The position numbers and the translations under genes were made by a program. Below are positions 10,567 to 20,077 of a stretch of 64,000 nucleotides of DNA, piece after piece. Position 1 is the stretch's first letter. Each line of letters starts with the position of its first letter. This DNA comes from Candidatus Latescibacterota bacterium (GTDB lineage: Bacteria > Krumholzibacteriota > Krumholzibacteriia > WVZY01): contig CAWBQK010000015.1 in NCBI GenBank assembly GCA_963791045.1, positions 229,390 to 293,389 on the forward strand, in the 5' to 3' direction. The notes beneath the pieces were generated by a model. The model saw only the letters and a program-made list of their open reading frames with translations. It ran no database searches and had not been told where the DNA came from.

Positions 10567-12159
10567 TTACACCGCATGTGTTGTCGATTTCGCCCCGGTG
10601 GGCCCGAGGTTATCGAGATCGACACCCGCGAACGCCGGTTCGTCCTTCCCAAGTTGCGACCTTAAGCCCGACAGCGTGTCGAGCCCGCTCTCCCCTTCAA
10701 TTTTCTTTATCAGTCCGGCAATAATCTGCCAGGGGGACGTCTTGTCCCACAATCCGTCGAGCGCGGGCCCAAGGCCCTGGATGTGGCCATCAAAGTTGAC
10801 GACGAGGCCGTCTTTTTCGGCAAACGTCAAACCCGGCACAAGAACATGCGCCATTCTCGTGAGATTGCTCTCGCGAGCGGCAACCATAACGATCCGCGAA
10901 AACTTTTCAAAAACCTTTTCCAGCGATTCCGGAATATCGTAATCAAACCCGACGCCGATCACCACCGCGTCATTCGGGATGTCGGTGTCGATACCGGGAC
11001 CGTCGCCCGTCACAAAATCCAGTACTTTTAGCCCAAGCATCTCGGCGCCGCGAACGTTCGGATGCCTGTCCGCTTTCCGAAGCAGCGCATCTTCGACGCC
11101 GTCGGGAACGTGACGAACTGCGTACACGAGCGCGCCCTGATAAGCGGCCGCGAGCTTTTTGCACGCGTACATTTCTTCGAGCGTGGCGGTCGCGGAGACA
11201 AAGATCGCCAGATTCTTGCCGCCGCTCCCGGCGCCGCCAATGTTCAACGTGGCTTCGAGTTCGCTCATCGCGTTTTCCATCGACGCTTCGTACTTTTTGC
11301 CTTTTTTGTCGACACTGCACGCCGTAACGCGGTCCGTGTTGACAAAACCGTAGTTCAACCGCCCCTCGTCACACATCCAGTAACCATTGACATCGGCGTT
11401 ATGCCGAGGACGAAGTCGTTTGACCTTGTTGTCACGGGAATCGACATCGACTTCGATCGAGCAGCCACGCGAACAAGTCGTGCAAACCGAGGGAGTCCGC
11501 TTGAGGAACCACGTCGGTGTCGAGAAGCGGAAGTCCTTGCTGGTAAGCGCGCCAACCGGGCAAAGATCGACCGTATTCAGCGAATACGGACTGGTAACAG
11601 GGCGCCCAGGAAATATCGTCAGATACGCTCTGTGACCGCGGCCCGCGATATAGAGCTGTTCCTCTCCCGCGTAGTCACGGAGGAATCGGACACAGCGGTT
11701 GCAAAGCACGCAGCGTTCCTTGTCCAGGATCAGCGTCGGGCCGATATCCTCGGCCTTGCCCTTCTTGAACCGCTGGAATTCCTGCCGCCCGTCCTTCTGA
11801 TCGTGATCCATGTAATAGTTTTGCAGCGTGCACTCGCCGGCTTTGTCGCAAATAGGGCAGTCCAGCGGATGATTGAGGAGCAAAAACTCCTCGACGGCGG
11901 CGCGGACCCTCAAGACCTTCTCGGTCTTCGTCTGGACCTCCATGCCGTCATTCACTTTTGTATTGCACGAAATGGTGAGAAGCGGACCGCGGGGAGTAAT
12001 GATCTCCACCTGGCACATCCTGCAGTTACCGTCCGGACCGAGACCCGGGTGATAACAGAAATGCGGGATATCGAAACCGTTCTCGTTGAGGACATCAATG
12101 AGCTGACGCCCCTCTTCGGTCTCGATGGTCTTGCCGTCTACTGTAATCTTGATACTCAT
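10567..12159 (-). CDS. nuoG: NADH-quinone oxidoreductase subunit G (short, 530 aa)
   Basis: IPHFCYHP, CRMCQVE, HPLDCPICDKAGECTLQ, RCVLCNRCVRF, DLCPVGAL, CTTCSRGC...WMCDEGR; ATG at 12159 (MSIKITVDG). Confidence 0.9.
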   Translation of the reverse strand: MSIKITVDGKTIETEEGRQLIDVLNENGFDIPHFCYHPGLGPDGNCRMCQVEIITPRGPLLTISCNTKVNDGMEVQTKTEKVLRVRAAVEEFLLLNHPLDCPICDKAGECTLQNYYMDHDQKDGRQEFQRFKKGKAEDIGPTLILDKERCVLCNRCVRFLRDYAGEEQLYIAGRGHRAYLTIFPGRPVTSPYSLNTVDLCPVGALTSKDFRFSTPTWFLKRTPSVCTTCSRGCSIEVDVDSRDNKVKRLRPRHNADVNGYWMCDEGRLNYGFVNTDRVTACSVDKKGKKYEASMENAMSELEATLNIGGAGSGGKNLAIFVSATATLEEMYACKKLAAAYQGALVYAVRHVPDGVEDALLRKADRHPNVRGAEMLGLKVLDFVTGDGPGIDTDIPNDAVVIGVGFDYDIPESLEKVFEKFSRIVMVAARESNLTRMAHVLVPGLTFAEKDGLVVNFDGHIQGLGPALDGLWDKTSPWQIIAGLIKKIEGESGLDTLSGLRSQLGKDEPAFAGVDLDNLGPTGAKSTTHAV

Positions 12160-12182
12160 TATAAAACTGGGTTCCTCGTCCG

Positions 12183-13472
12183 CTATCCGGCGGTCGTTTT
12201 CGAGGCGCCGGCCAGGGGGCACCTTTTCTCTTTAATATGCTGTTCGAATTCGTGTCTGAATTTCTCGAGATAACTTTTCGTTGGCATCGACATGGCGTCG
12301 GCAAGCACGCACACCGTGGTTCCCATCATGTTGGGACACATCTCGAGCATCATGTCGAGATCTTCCATTTTGCCTTCACCGCGTTCGAGACGGTCCGCCA
12401 TCCTCGCCATGTGATAGGTGCCTTCGCGGCACGGCGGGCACTGACCGCACGATTCGTGCGCGTAGAACCGGGTGATCACCTGGAGCGCTTTGACGATACA
12501 GTTGTCCTCGCTCAATACCATGATCGCGCCCGAACCCACCATCGATCCCGCCGCGGCGATCGATTCGTAGTCGAGGTTCACGTTTCGTGCCTCCTCGGCG
12601 GTGAGAATCGGTGACGACGACCCTCCGGGGATGACTCCCTTGAGCTTACGGCCACCCTTGACCCCACCCGACACACGTTCGATGAATTCCCACAGGTTGA
12701 CGCCAAATTCTTCTTCGTAAACACCGGGGCGTTCGACCATCCCGCTGATCGAAAAGAGCATCGTTCCCGTGCTTTTTTCGGTCCCGAATGCCGCGTAGGC
12801 AGCAGGCCCTTCATTCATAATAAACGGCAGGGCGGAAAGCGTTTCGACATTGTTAACCACCGTCGGGCAGTTGAAGGCCCCAATCAATGCTGGGAACGGC
12901 GGCTTTGTTCTCGGCTGGCCCTTCTTGCCTTCGAGCGATTCGATCAGCCCTGTTTCCTCACCGCAGATATAAGCGCCCGCGCCCTGGTGGACGTAGACAT
13001 CGAGATCGAATCCCGATCCCTGAATATTCTTTCCAAGGTAGCCTTTTTCGTAAGCCTCATCGATCGCGCCCTGGACACGGGAGATCGGGAACACATATTC
13101 GCCGCGGACGTAGATATACGCCGTCTTGATCCCCACAGCCCAGCAGCAGATAATGATTCCTTCGATGAGCCGGTGCGGGTCGAGAACAAGAATCTTGCGG
13201 TCCTTGAACGTCCCGGGCTCTCCCTCATCGGCGTTGACGCAAAGATACTTTGGCTTGTCCGTATCCTTGGGCACGAAGCTCCACTTCATGCCGGCGGGAA
13301 AACCGGCGCCGCCGCGGCCTCGAAGGCCGGACTGCTTGACGGTTTCAATAACATCGGCGGGATCCGTCTTGAAGAGCTTCTCGAGCGATCCGTAACCACC
13401 GAGATCCTCATAGACCGGGAGCTTGTACGCGTCGGGCTTGTCGAAATTTATGCTTATGATCTTTTTTGACAT
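12183..13472 (-). CDS. nuoF: NADH-quinone oxidoreductase subunit F
   Basis: SGLRGRGGAGFPAG, NADEGEPGTFKDR, GAGAYICGEETGL, ESCGQCPPCREG. Confidence 0.97.
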   Translation of the reverse strand: MSKKIISINFDKPDAYKLPVYEDLGGYGSLEKLFKTDPADVIETVKQSGLRGRGGAGFPAGMKWSFVPKDTDKPKYLCVNADEGEPGTFKDRKILVLDPHRLIEGIIICCWAVGIKTAYIYVRGEYVFPISRVQGAIDEAYEKGYLGKNIQGSGFDLDVYVHQGAGAYICGEETGLIESLEGKKGQPRTKPPFPALIGAFNCPTVVNNVETLSALPFIMNEGPAAYAAFGTEKSTGTMLFSISGMVERPGVYEEEFGVNLWEFIERVSGGVKGGRKLKGVIPGGSSSPILTAEEARNVNLDYESIAAAGSMVGSGAIMVLSEDNCIVKALQVITRFYAHESCGQCPPCREGTYHMARMADRLERGEGKMEDLDMMLEMCPNMMGTTVCVLADAMSMPTKSYLEKFRHEFEQHIKEKRCPLAGASKTTAG

Positions 13473-13499
13473 TCTATATTCGCCGGGTTGTTCGCCGGT

Positions 13500-14024
13500 C
13501 TAGTGAATCCCCATGGGTTCTTCTTCTGGATCCACTCCCGCTTTACAACCTTCGATAATTTTCTCGACCTTTTTGATCGTCAAGTTTTCACAGTAGACAT
13601 CGTTGACGCGCATCACAGGCGCCGTCCCGCACGACCCGAGACACTCGACCAGCTCGAGGCTGAACAATCCGTCTTCGGTTACTTCGCCAGGGAAAATTTC
13701 GTATTCGTCGGCGAGGTGCGCGAGAATGTCTTCCGACCCGCAGAGCGTGCAGCTCAGATTGCGGCAGAGCTGGAGATGATACTTGCCCGGCGGTGTCGTC
13801 ATGTACATCGTGTAGAATTCCGCAACCGAGAGAACGTGAACCGGGGATAACTCCAGTCTCCCGGCGATGTACTCCATAATCTCATCGGTGAGATACCCGT
13901 TCTGCGCCATCGCGATCCACAACGTCGGGAGAAGCGCCGCCATCTTCGTCGGGTACTTCTTTACCGTGTCCTGGAACTTTTTCTCGTTCTCGGTAGAGAA
14001 TTCAAATGCTTTGATGTCTTCCAT
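13500..14024 (-). CDS. nuoE: NADH-quinone oxidoreductase subunit E
   Basis: 2Fe-2S ligands CRNLSC...ECLGSC; VAEFYTMY. Confidence 0.95.
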   Translation of the reverse strand: MEDIKAFEFSTENEKKFQDTVKKYPTKMAALLPTLWIAMAQNGYLTDEIMEYIAGRLELSPVHVLSVAEFYTMYMTTPPGKYHLQLCRNLSCTLCGSEDILAHLADEYEIFPGEVTEDGLFSLELVECLGSCGTAPVMRVNDVYCENLTIKKVEKIIEGCKAGVDPEEEPMGIH

Positions 14025-14104
14025 AATCAGCTGCTCTTAGAGTTATACCGTTTTTTGAGAACCTGTTTTGACTGTCCTATTTACGTACAGAGTCGTCTCT
14101 CCGG

Positions 14105-15397
14105 CTAACGGTCGAGTTCACCGGCGATGATATTCAACCCCGCAAGGATTGCCACGATATCCGCAACCATGTGCCCTTCGATGAGGCGTTTGAGGCCATT
14201 CATCAGATAAAAACACGGCGGACGAAGCTTGATCCTATACGGGTTGCCGCTGCCGTCACTTATGATATAAAAACCCAGCTCGCCGTTTGGCGATTCGATC
14301 GCGTCATAGATCTCACCGGCCGGCGGCTGTATACCCTCAATGACCAATTTGAAATGATTGATTAAAGATTCCATTTTATTGTGAACATCGGCCTTCGGCG
14401 GAAGCATTATGTTCTTGTCTTCAATATTAATAGGGCCGTCGGGAAGTATTTTGAGAGCCTGTTCGATGATTCTCAGACTCTGCTTCATCTCTTCGATACG
14501 CACAAAAATCCTGTCGTGCACATCGCCACGCTCACCCAGCGGTACTTCGAAATCCAAATTGTCGTATTGATAGTAAGGAGTCTTTTTGCGGAGATCGTGG
14601 TTTACACCGCTCGCGCGGAGACACGGCCCGGTGAAGCCGTAGCTGATCGCTTCTTCGGGAGGCATCACACCGACGTCTCTCGCCCTGTCGATAAAAATCC
14701 GATTCTTCTTGATGAGCCCCTCGACGTCGGCAATCGCTTTTGGCACCTCTTTGAGAGTCGCTTTGACTTTGTCCATGAATCCGGCGGGAAGATCCCACGC
14801 GAGGCCGCCGATGCGAATATACGAGTAGGTAAGGCGAGCGCCGGTAAGTGCCTCGAGAATGTCGTTGAGTCTCTCTCGGCAGTTGAAGAAGTACCAGAAG
14901 TTCGTGAGCGCGCCGAGGTCGACGAGGTTTGCGCCGACGCAGATCATGTGGTCCATGATCCGCTGGATTTCCATGATGATCACGCGAATGATCTCGGTAC
15001 GAGGCGTAATCGTCACGCCGAGCATCCGTTCCATCGCTTTGCAGTAACCGACGTTGTTCACCAACCCACTGCAATAATTAAGACGGTCGGTGTACGGGAT
15101 CACTTGCGAGTAATTCTTAATTTCTACGATTTTCTCGAAACCGCGATGGAGATAACCGACCTCGACCGCCGCACGGCCGACCTTTTCCCCGTCGAGCTTG
15201 CAGAACACCCTGAAGGTGCCGTGCGTAGCCGGGTGCGTCGGACCGATGTTTATGAGCATCGGCTCCGTATCGAGATCGTCGAGCGTCAACTCGTCCGGGA
15301 TATCCATCCCGGTCGTAAGCGAAGGCTCGTCGGCCGAAGGCGTGGTTTTGTCGAGTTCTTTCGGATCCATTTTTCTTTTGTGTTCTCTTATGCTCAA
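14105..15397 (-). CDS. nuoD: NADH-quinone oxidoreductase subunit D
   Basis: GPTHPATHG, GYLHRGFEK, YTDRLNY, ESPNGELG, C-terminal GELDR; start may be ATG 15370. Confidence 0.95.
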   Translation of the reverse strand: MSIREHKRKMDPKELDKTTPSADEPSLTTGMDIPDELTLDDLDTEPMLINIGPTHPATHGTFRVFCKLDGEKVGRAAVEVGYLHRGFEKIVEIKNYSQVIPYTDRLNYCSGLVNNVGYCKAMERMLGVTITPRTEIIRVIIMEIQRIMDHMICVGANLVDLGALTNFWYFFNCRERLNDILEALTGARLTYSYIRIGGLAWDLPAGFMDKVKATLKEVPKAIADVEGLIKKNRIFIDRARDVGVMPPEEAISYGFTGPCLRASGVNHDLRKKTPYYQYDNLDFEVPLGERGDVHDRIFVRIEEMKQSLRIIEQALKILPDGPINIEDKNIMLPPKADVHNKMESLINHFKLVIEGIQPPAGEIYDAIESPNGELGFYIISDGSGNPYRIKLRPPCFYLMNGLKRLIEGHMVADIVAILAGLNIIAGELDR

Positions 15398-15449
15398 AAA
15401 CCGTTCAATTATCTTCTATCTGACTAATCTAACATCGTGATCTCGCTGG

Positions 15450-15956
15450 CTATTCCCTCTCGAGATCGGGAGTGAGATCACTGAAACCAGTCGCCCACTG
15501 GCCTTTCATAACCGGATAGTCCTTGCGAAGCGCATGACCGACAAACTCGCGGTGGCAAAGAATCCTCGCGAGGTTCGGGTGACCCTCGAAATTGAATCCA
15601 AACATGTCGAATGCCTCACGCTCGCCCCAGTTCGCCGACTGCCAGAGATCCGTTACCGTCTGAATATTCATATCGTCCTCGGGGACAAATACCCGGACAC
15701 GGATACGGATGTCGTCGCTTATCGCGTACAAGATATACACAACTTCAAATCGTTCTTTGCGGTCGAGGTGCAAACCATCCACGCCGGCGATATCGAGGAG
15801 CATATCGAACCCCTCCTGCCGGAGAAATGACAACACATCGTGCGTCCGTTCACGCGCCACAGTCAATACAACGTCGTCGTATGGACGTTCGATCTCTTCG
15901 ACGGCGTCCGTGAAGTTCTGTTTGACTGCTTCTACTATGTTATTCAGTTTTTCCAT
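15450..15956 (-). CDS. nuoC: NADH-quinone oxidoreductase subunit C
   Basis: RFEVVY, ANWGEREAFDMFG, GHPNLARIL, GHALRKDYP; ATG 15956. Confidence 0.95.
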   Translation of the reverse strand: MEKLNNIVEAVKQNFTDAVEEIERPYDDVVLTVARERTHDVLSFLRQEGFDMLLDIAGVDGLHLDRKERFEVVYILYAISDDIRIRVRVFVPEDDMNIQTVTDLWQSANWGEREAFDMFGFNFEGHPNLARILCHREFVGHALRKDYPVMKGQWATGFSDLTPDLERE

Positions 15957-16467
15957 GTTCTCTTCTAATCCAACGCGCACCCATCTGCGGTTCTGTATCG
16001 ATCTTTTCCTGGAGCTTGATCAGCGCATCTATAACGGCGTCGGGACGCGGCGGACAACCAGGGATAAATACATCCACCGGGATGATCTGATCGATTCCCT
16101 GGATCGTCGCGTAGTTGTCGTAGAAACCACCCGAACACGCACAGGCACCCATCGATATGACGTACTTCGGCTCACACAGCTGATCGTAAATTCGCTTCAG
16201 AACGGGGCCAATTTTGTAGTTGATCGTGCCGGCGACGAGAACCAGGTCGGATTGGCGCGGTGAAAACCGCACAATCTCGGCGCCAAAACGCGAGAGGTCG
16301 AAGGGGCTCGATACGGAACCCATAAATTCGATTCCGCAGCACGCAGTAGCAAACGGCAGCGGCCAGAGCGAACTTCTTCTCCCCCAGCGGAGAAGTTCAT
16401 CGATACGTGTCGTGATAATTCCGGTTTCGTGCTTTGTAAGAGGAGTTCCTTTTTCGTCTATTCCCAT
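15940..16467 (-). CDS. nuoB: NADH-quinone oxidoreductase subunit B
   Basis: TACCGIE, RFSPRQSD, SMGACACSGG, VDVFIPGCPPRP; ATG 16467 overlaps the end of nuoA. Confidence 0.96.
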   Translation of the reverse strand: MGIDEKGTPLTKHETGIITTRIDELLRWGRRSSLWPLPFATACCGIEFMGSVSSPFDLSRFGAEIVRFSPRQSDLVLVAGTINYKIGPVLKRIYDQLCEPKYVISMGACACSGGFYDNYATIQGIDQIIPVDVFIPGCPPRPDAVIDALIKLQEKIDTEPQMGARWIRREHGKTE

Positions 16468-16820
16468 TCCAGAGCTCCTTTCTTCCATACGTAGAAAAGA
16501 CCGAGCAGCAGGATAATGAGAAATACAGCCATTTCGATAAAACCGAACAATCCCAACCGGCGGGACAAAACCGCCCACGGGAAAACAAACACGGTTTCAA
16601 CATCGAACATGAGAAAAAGGAGGGCGACGAGAAAGAACTTCACTGAAAAACGGCTGCGCGCGTCACCGACCGGGTCGACGCCACTTTCAACCACGGTGTG
16701 CTTTTGCGGAGCCGGTCGTTTCGGACCGGCCTTGGAAGCAATTGCCACCAGGGCCGCCGGTATCGCAACGGCAAGCACGAGCAGAATGACCAGAGATGAG
16801 TACTTCAGACCGAGTGGCAT
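16458..16820 (-). CDS. nuoA: NADH-quinone oxidoreductase subunit A
   Basis: ESGVDP, FSVKFFLVALLFLMFDVE, WKKGALEWE. Confidence 0.96.
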   Translation of the reverse strand: MPLGLKYSSLVILLVLAVAIPAALVAIASKAGPKRPAPQKHTVVESGVDPVGDARSRFSVKFFLVALLFLMFDVETVFVFPWAVLSRRLGLFGFIEMAVFLIILLLGLFYVWKKGALEWE

Positions 16821-16916
16821 TTATCTGTAGCTTTTTTTGTTTAAAGGGTTTTTGAATTACTTGATTGAGAGAACGCGGGATGCGATCGCGTTCGGGTACA
16901 CTTGTCGAGGCAGGAT

Positions 16917-16934
16917 TTGTGTATCCTTTCACAA
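16917..16934. promoter_or_regulatory. Rex-like operator (CRP-like alternative) just downstream of the nuo promoter
   Basis: TTGTGTA-TCCT-TTCACAA, one mismatch to TTGTGAA-N4-TTCACAA. Confidence 0.65.
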
Positions 16935-16945
16935 TAAGTTTATTC

Positions 16946-16974
16946 AAGGTAGGTGCAAACTTGATTATTGTCAA
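16946..16974 (-). promoter_or_regulatory. Putative sigma70 promoter of the nuo operon
   Basis: Minus strand TTGACA-17 bp-TACCTT. Confidence 0.55.
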
Positions 16975-17283
16975 GGTTTTTTGAAATCCGCCTCCCGGCC
17001 GAAATCTGCATCCTGAAGCGAGTTAGGCCGCCTTACTCCTGAAATTGACCGGGCGGCGCCTTCCGTGTCTTTTCGACACTTTTGGCGGTTCGATTACTCG
17101 TGATTCGTGACCATCGGCCAACCACCACGCTCAACCCCGCGTGCGGGGATGAGTGATCTTTCGGCGTGTCGCGGGGGGCGGACCCGTGGTAGAATTCTCT
17201 TCGGCCGCAACGAGCGCCCTCGACCCCGGCCGTCGATTTTGCCAGTCGCGCGCACGTGCCCGCAACCACACGAACGGAATCTT

Positions 17284-17967
17284 ATGGCGTATCCAAAAAA
17301 GCTTGGCGTGTTCGTCAAGGTGCCCGTGCCCGGCGAGGTCAAAACGCGTCTCGTCCCACCCCTGACACCCGAAGGGGCGTGCGAGCTCTACCGGGCTTTC
17401 ATAATGGATCTCTTCGTGAGGCTTGCGAAAACAAAAAAGGTCTCAGGAACGGTATTCTATGCCGGATCCGGGCCCGAAATTCTCAAGAGAATCATCCCCA
17501 GCCGCTTTGAACTTGCTCCACAACAAGGAGATACTCTCGGTGAGCGGATGGAAAACGCCTTTCGCGTGCTTCTCGCGGATGGAGCCAGCCAGGCCTGCAT
17601 CATCGGCTCAGACAGCCCCGACATCCCCCTCAACTACATCAAACGCGCGTATCTTAAACTAAAACATAAGGATGTAGTATTTGGGCCGGCGTGCGACGGC
17701 GGTTACTATCTCATCGCCCTCAATCGAGTTATACCGCAACTATTTCATAATATCGAATGGAGTAGCGGCAACGTGCTTGCCTCATCCCTACAACGCGTTG
17801 ACACACAAGCACTTACTTGCTCGATGCTTCCGGTCTGGTATGACGTCGATGATGCTCACACACTCGCTCTGTTCCGAACCGCTCTTCTGGCCAAAAGGAT
17901 TGAGCGGAGCGATCGGCTCCTCAATTGCGAACGCGTCATCAAAAAAATCGATGGCGGACTCCTTTAG
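17284..17967 (+). CDS. DUF2064/TIGR04282-family glycosyltransferase-like protein (CofC-like fold)
   Basis: FVKVPVPGEVKTRL, QQGDTLGERM, IIGSDSPDIP, GPACDGGYYLI, WYDVD; ATG 17284. Confidence 0.85.
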   Translation: MAYPKKLGVFVKVPVPGEVKTRLVPPLTPEGACELYRAFIMDLFVRLAKTKKVSGTVFYAGSGPEILKRIIPSRFELAPQQGDTLGERMENAFRVLLADGASQACIIGSDSPDIPLNYIKRAYLKLKHKDVVFGPACDGGYYLIALNRVIPQLFHNIEWSSGNVLASSLQRVDTQALTCSMLPVWYDVDDAHTLALFRTALLAKRIERSDRLLNCERVIKKIDGGLL

Positions 17968-17975
17968 CGCGCAAA

Positions 17976-19034
17976 ATGAACTACCCCGTACGAACTCTTA
18001 TAATAGAAGACGGGCGCGGAGGCGCGGGCGGCGACGATCGCCACGACCTGGATACAATGGTACGCCGCTTTAAGGAGCATTTCCCCAGCCTCAACATCAT
18101 CGGCGACACGGACGACGCCGGCAGTGGGGATGAAAACCACGGCGACAGTCGACCGGAGACCAGGACTGGTGTGAGACTCCTGCGCCACCCCGGCTCATTC
18201 ATAAAAGAATTTCCCAACCACTCCTGGTATGGAAATAGGGGTTGCGACTACAGTCTCATCCTCGGTTACAACTGTTTTTGCTCGTGCACCTATTGTTTTA
18301 TCCAGACGATTTTTGACGATCGTACGCCGACGCTTTATGTCAACACGCCCTCCCTCGTCTCCGAACTGAGCGCGTTTCTCGAGGATAATCCCGAGGCATG
18401 GGTTTCCACAGGAGAGTATCTCGACAGTTTTCAACTCGATGATATAACCCGAACCAATGAACTTCTCATTGATGTTTTTCGGCACCATCCCAAAAGCACA
18501 CTCGAACTCAGAACAAAAATCGATAATGTCGCGCATCTCCCCGACGATCCACCCGGAAACATTCTTGTGACTTATTCGATAAATCCTCCTGAGGTTATCA
18601 AGCGCGTGGAGCCCGGAACGGCATCCTTCGAGAGACGGCTCGAAATGGCCGGCGTTCTTTTCTCAAAAGGGTATCGGGTGGCGTTGAGGATCGACCCCAT
18701 CATACCCACGAAATCATTCGCGTCTTCGTACAAGGAGTTGCCCGTCCTCATTCAAAATCAATTGGGTTGGGAAAAGGTCGATACGGTTTTTGTTGGCGTG
18801 TTGCGATTCGACGAGGCGCTTCTCACACGCATGTCGACAATGCCGCACGCACCGCTCTTGCTGGATGCGGAGTATGTTCGCTGCCCCGACGGCAACTTCC
18901 GGCCGCCCAAACATGAACGGATCGCCCTTTACCGTTCTCTTTCCAAAGCGATTCGCACACACGCTCCGCAGTTACCAATCTCGATCACAATGGAACCCGT
19001 CTACGTCCGCCGAACCGTCCTTGGCGATCTTTAA
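17976..19034 (+). CDS. Spore photoproduct lyase-like radical SAM protein
   Basis: CxxxCxxC (NCFCSCTYC), TGEYLDS, LELRTK, EPGTASFERRLE, RIDPII are typical of the SPL-like family. Confidence 0.8.
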   Translation: MNYPVRTLIIEDGRGGAGGDDRHDLDTMVRRFKEHFPSLNIIGDTDDAGSGDENHGDSRPETRTGVRLLRHPGSFIKEFPNHSWYGNRGCDYSLILGYNCFCSCTYCFIQTIFDDRTPTLYVNTPSLVSELSAFLEDNPEAWVSTGEYLDSFQLDDITRTNELLIDVFRHHPKSTLELRTKIDNVAHLPDDPPGNILVTYSINPPEVIKRVEPGTASFERRLEMAGVLFSKGYRVALRIDPIIPTKSFASSYKELPVLIQNQLGWEKVDTVFVGVLRFDEALLTRMSTMPHAPLLLDAEYVRCPDGNFRPPKHERIALYRSLSKAIRTHAPQLPISITMEPVYVRRTVLGDL

Positions 19035-19071
19035 AAATCACCGAACCACGCGCCCCCCGTCTACTGCCTTC

Positions 19072-19689
19072 TCACCACGCCGCGCCGTCAAGATGACTGA
19101 TGTCATTCAGCACATCTATGCGTGGCTCGTTCAAAGGAAAGATCAATCTTGTAATAGAAGCATTTCGGATTTTAAAACGCCACAAGTCGTCGAGTTTCAA
19201 ACCAAGAAGGGCGGTCAGATAACTGCATATCACTCCGCCGTGCGCGAACACAACGATAGAAGAATCTTCGCCGTTCGTGTCGAGAATTTGTGTAATCTCT
19301 CTCGTCACACGCCGCCTAAACGACCGCAGTGATTCCGCTCCCTTGATTGTGACCTGCGAGGGTTTGCGAAACCAAAGTTCCGTGTCCCGCGGAAATTGCT
19401 TTTTCAAATCGGAAACAAGAACACCCTCCCACACACCAAGGTTTATTTCCCGCAGCGCCCCGCGCGGCTCCACCTCAATACGGTGTCCAACTGCGATTCG
19501 GCCGGTTTCCACGGCGCGGGTCGCGGTACTCGTGTACACGGCGTCAAATTTCTCCCCCGCCAGCCGATCCCGGAGATGCCCCGCCTGCAGGCGGCCGAGA
19601 TCACTGAGATCACAGTCCATATCCCCCTGGATCCGCCCTTCCCTGTTCCAATCGGTCTCGCCGTGGCGTATCAAAGTCAACGTTCGCAT
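19072..19689 (-). CDS. Histidine phosphatase family protein (CobC/GpmB-like)
   Basis: LIRHGETDWN, REINLGVWEG, AHGGVI, NDISHL; ATG 19689. Confidence 0.9.
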   Translation of the reverse strand: MRTLTLIRHGETDWNREGRIQGDMDCDLSDLGRLQAGHLRDRLAGEKFDAVYTSTATRAVETGRIAVGHRIEVEPRGALREINLGVWEGVLVSDLKKQFPRDTELWFRKPSQVTIKGAESLRSFRRRVTREITQILDTNGEDSSIVVFAHGGVICSYLTALLGLKLDDLWRFKIRNASITRLIFPLNEPRIDVLNDISHLDGAAW

Positions 19690-20077
19690 TACCCGACCCC
19701 TCGCATAGCGGCCACGACGATCCCGCCGCAGCGCGTCAAAATCAACTTCCGTATAATCGGCCGTTCGCGAAATCACAACGCCTCAACGATCACCTCGCCG
19801 GTCGTACAAACTGGCCCTTCTGCGCCCGGCCATGGTTCGGCGCGATACGAAACGATAATACGAAGTCGCCCAAAAACCAAGCCCGACGGCACTCCCGCGC
19901 CGCGGCGGAGTTCGGCAACCCAAAGTAACATAAGCGATTCCACCGGCATGCCCCTTGACAACCGCCCCCTATTCGTGGCAAGGTTAGCAAAGAACCGATA
20001 ATCCAACGAATCCACACAGCCACGCAGATCGGCACACTGTCCAGCCGTTACATAACTCAGACCGGAGATGTTGATCG

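Noticed and set aside
4971-15427. Long plus-strand ORFs 4971-6086, 11062-12273 and 14381-15427
   Set aside because: Antisense shadows of nuoM, nuoG and nuoD caused by codon bias; no motifs
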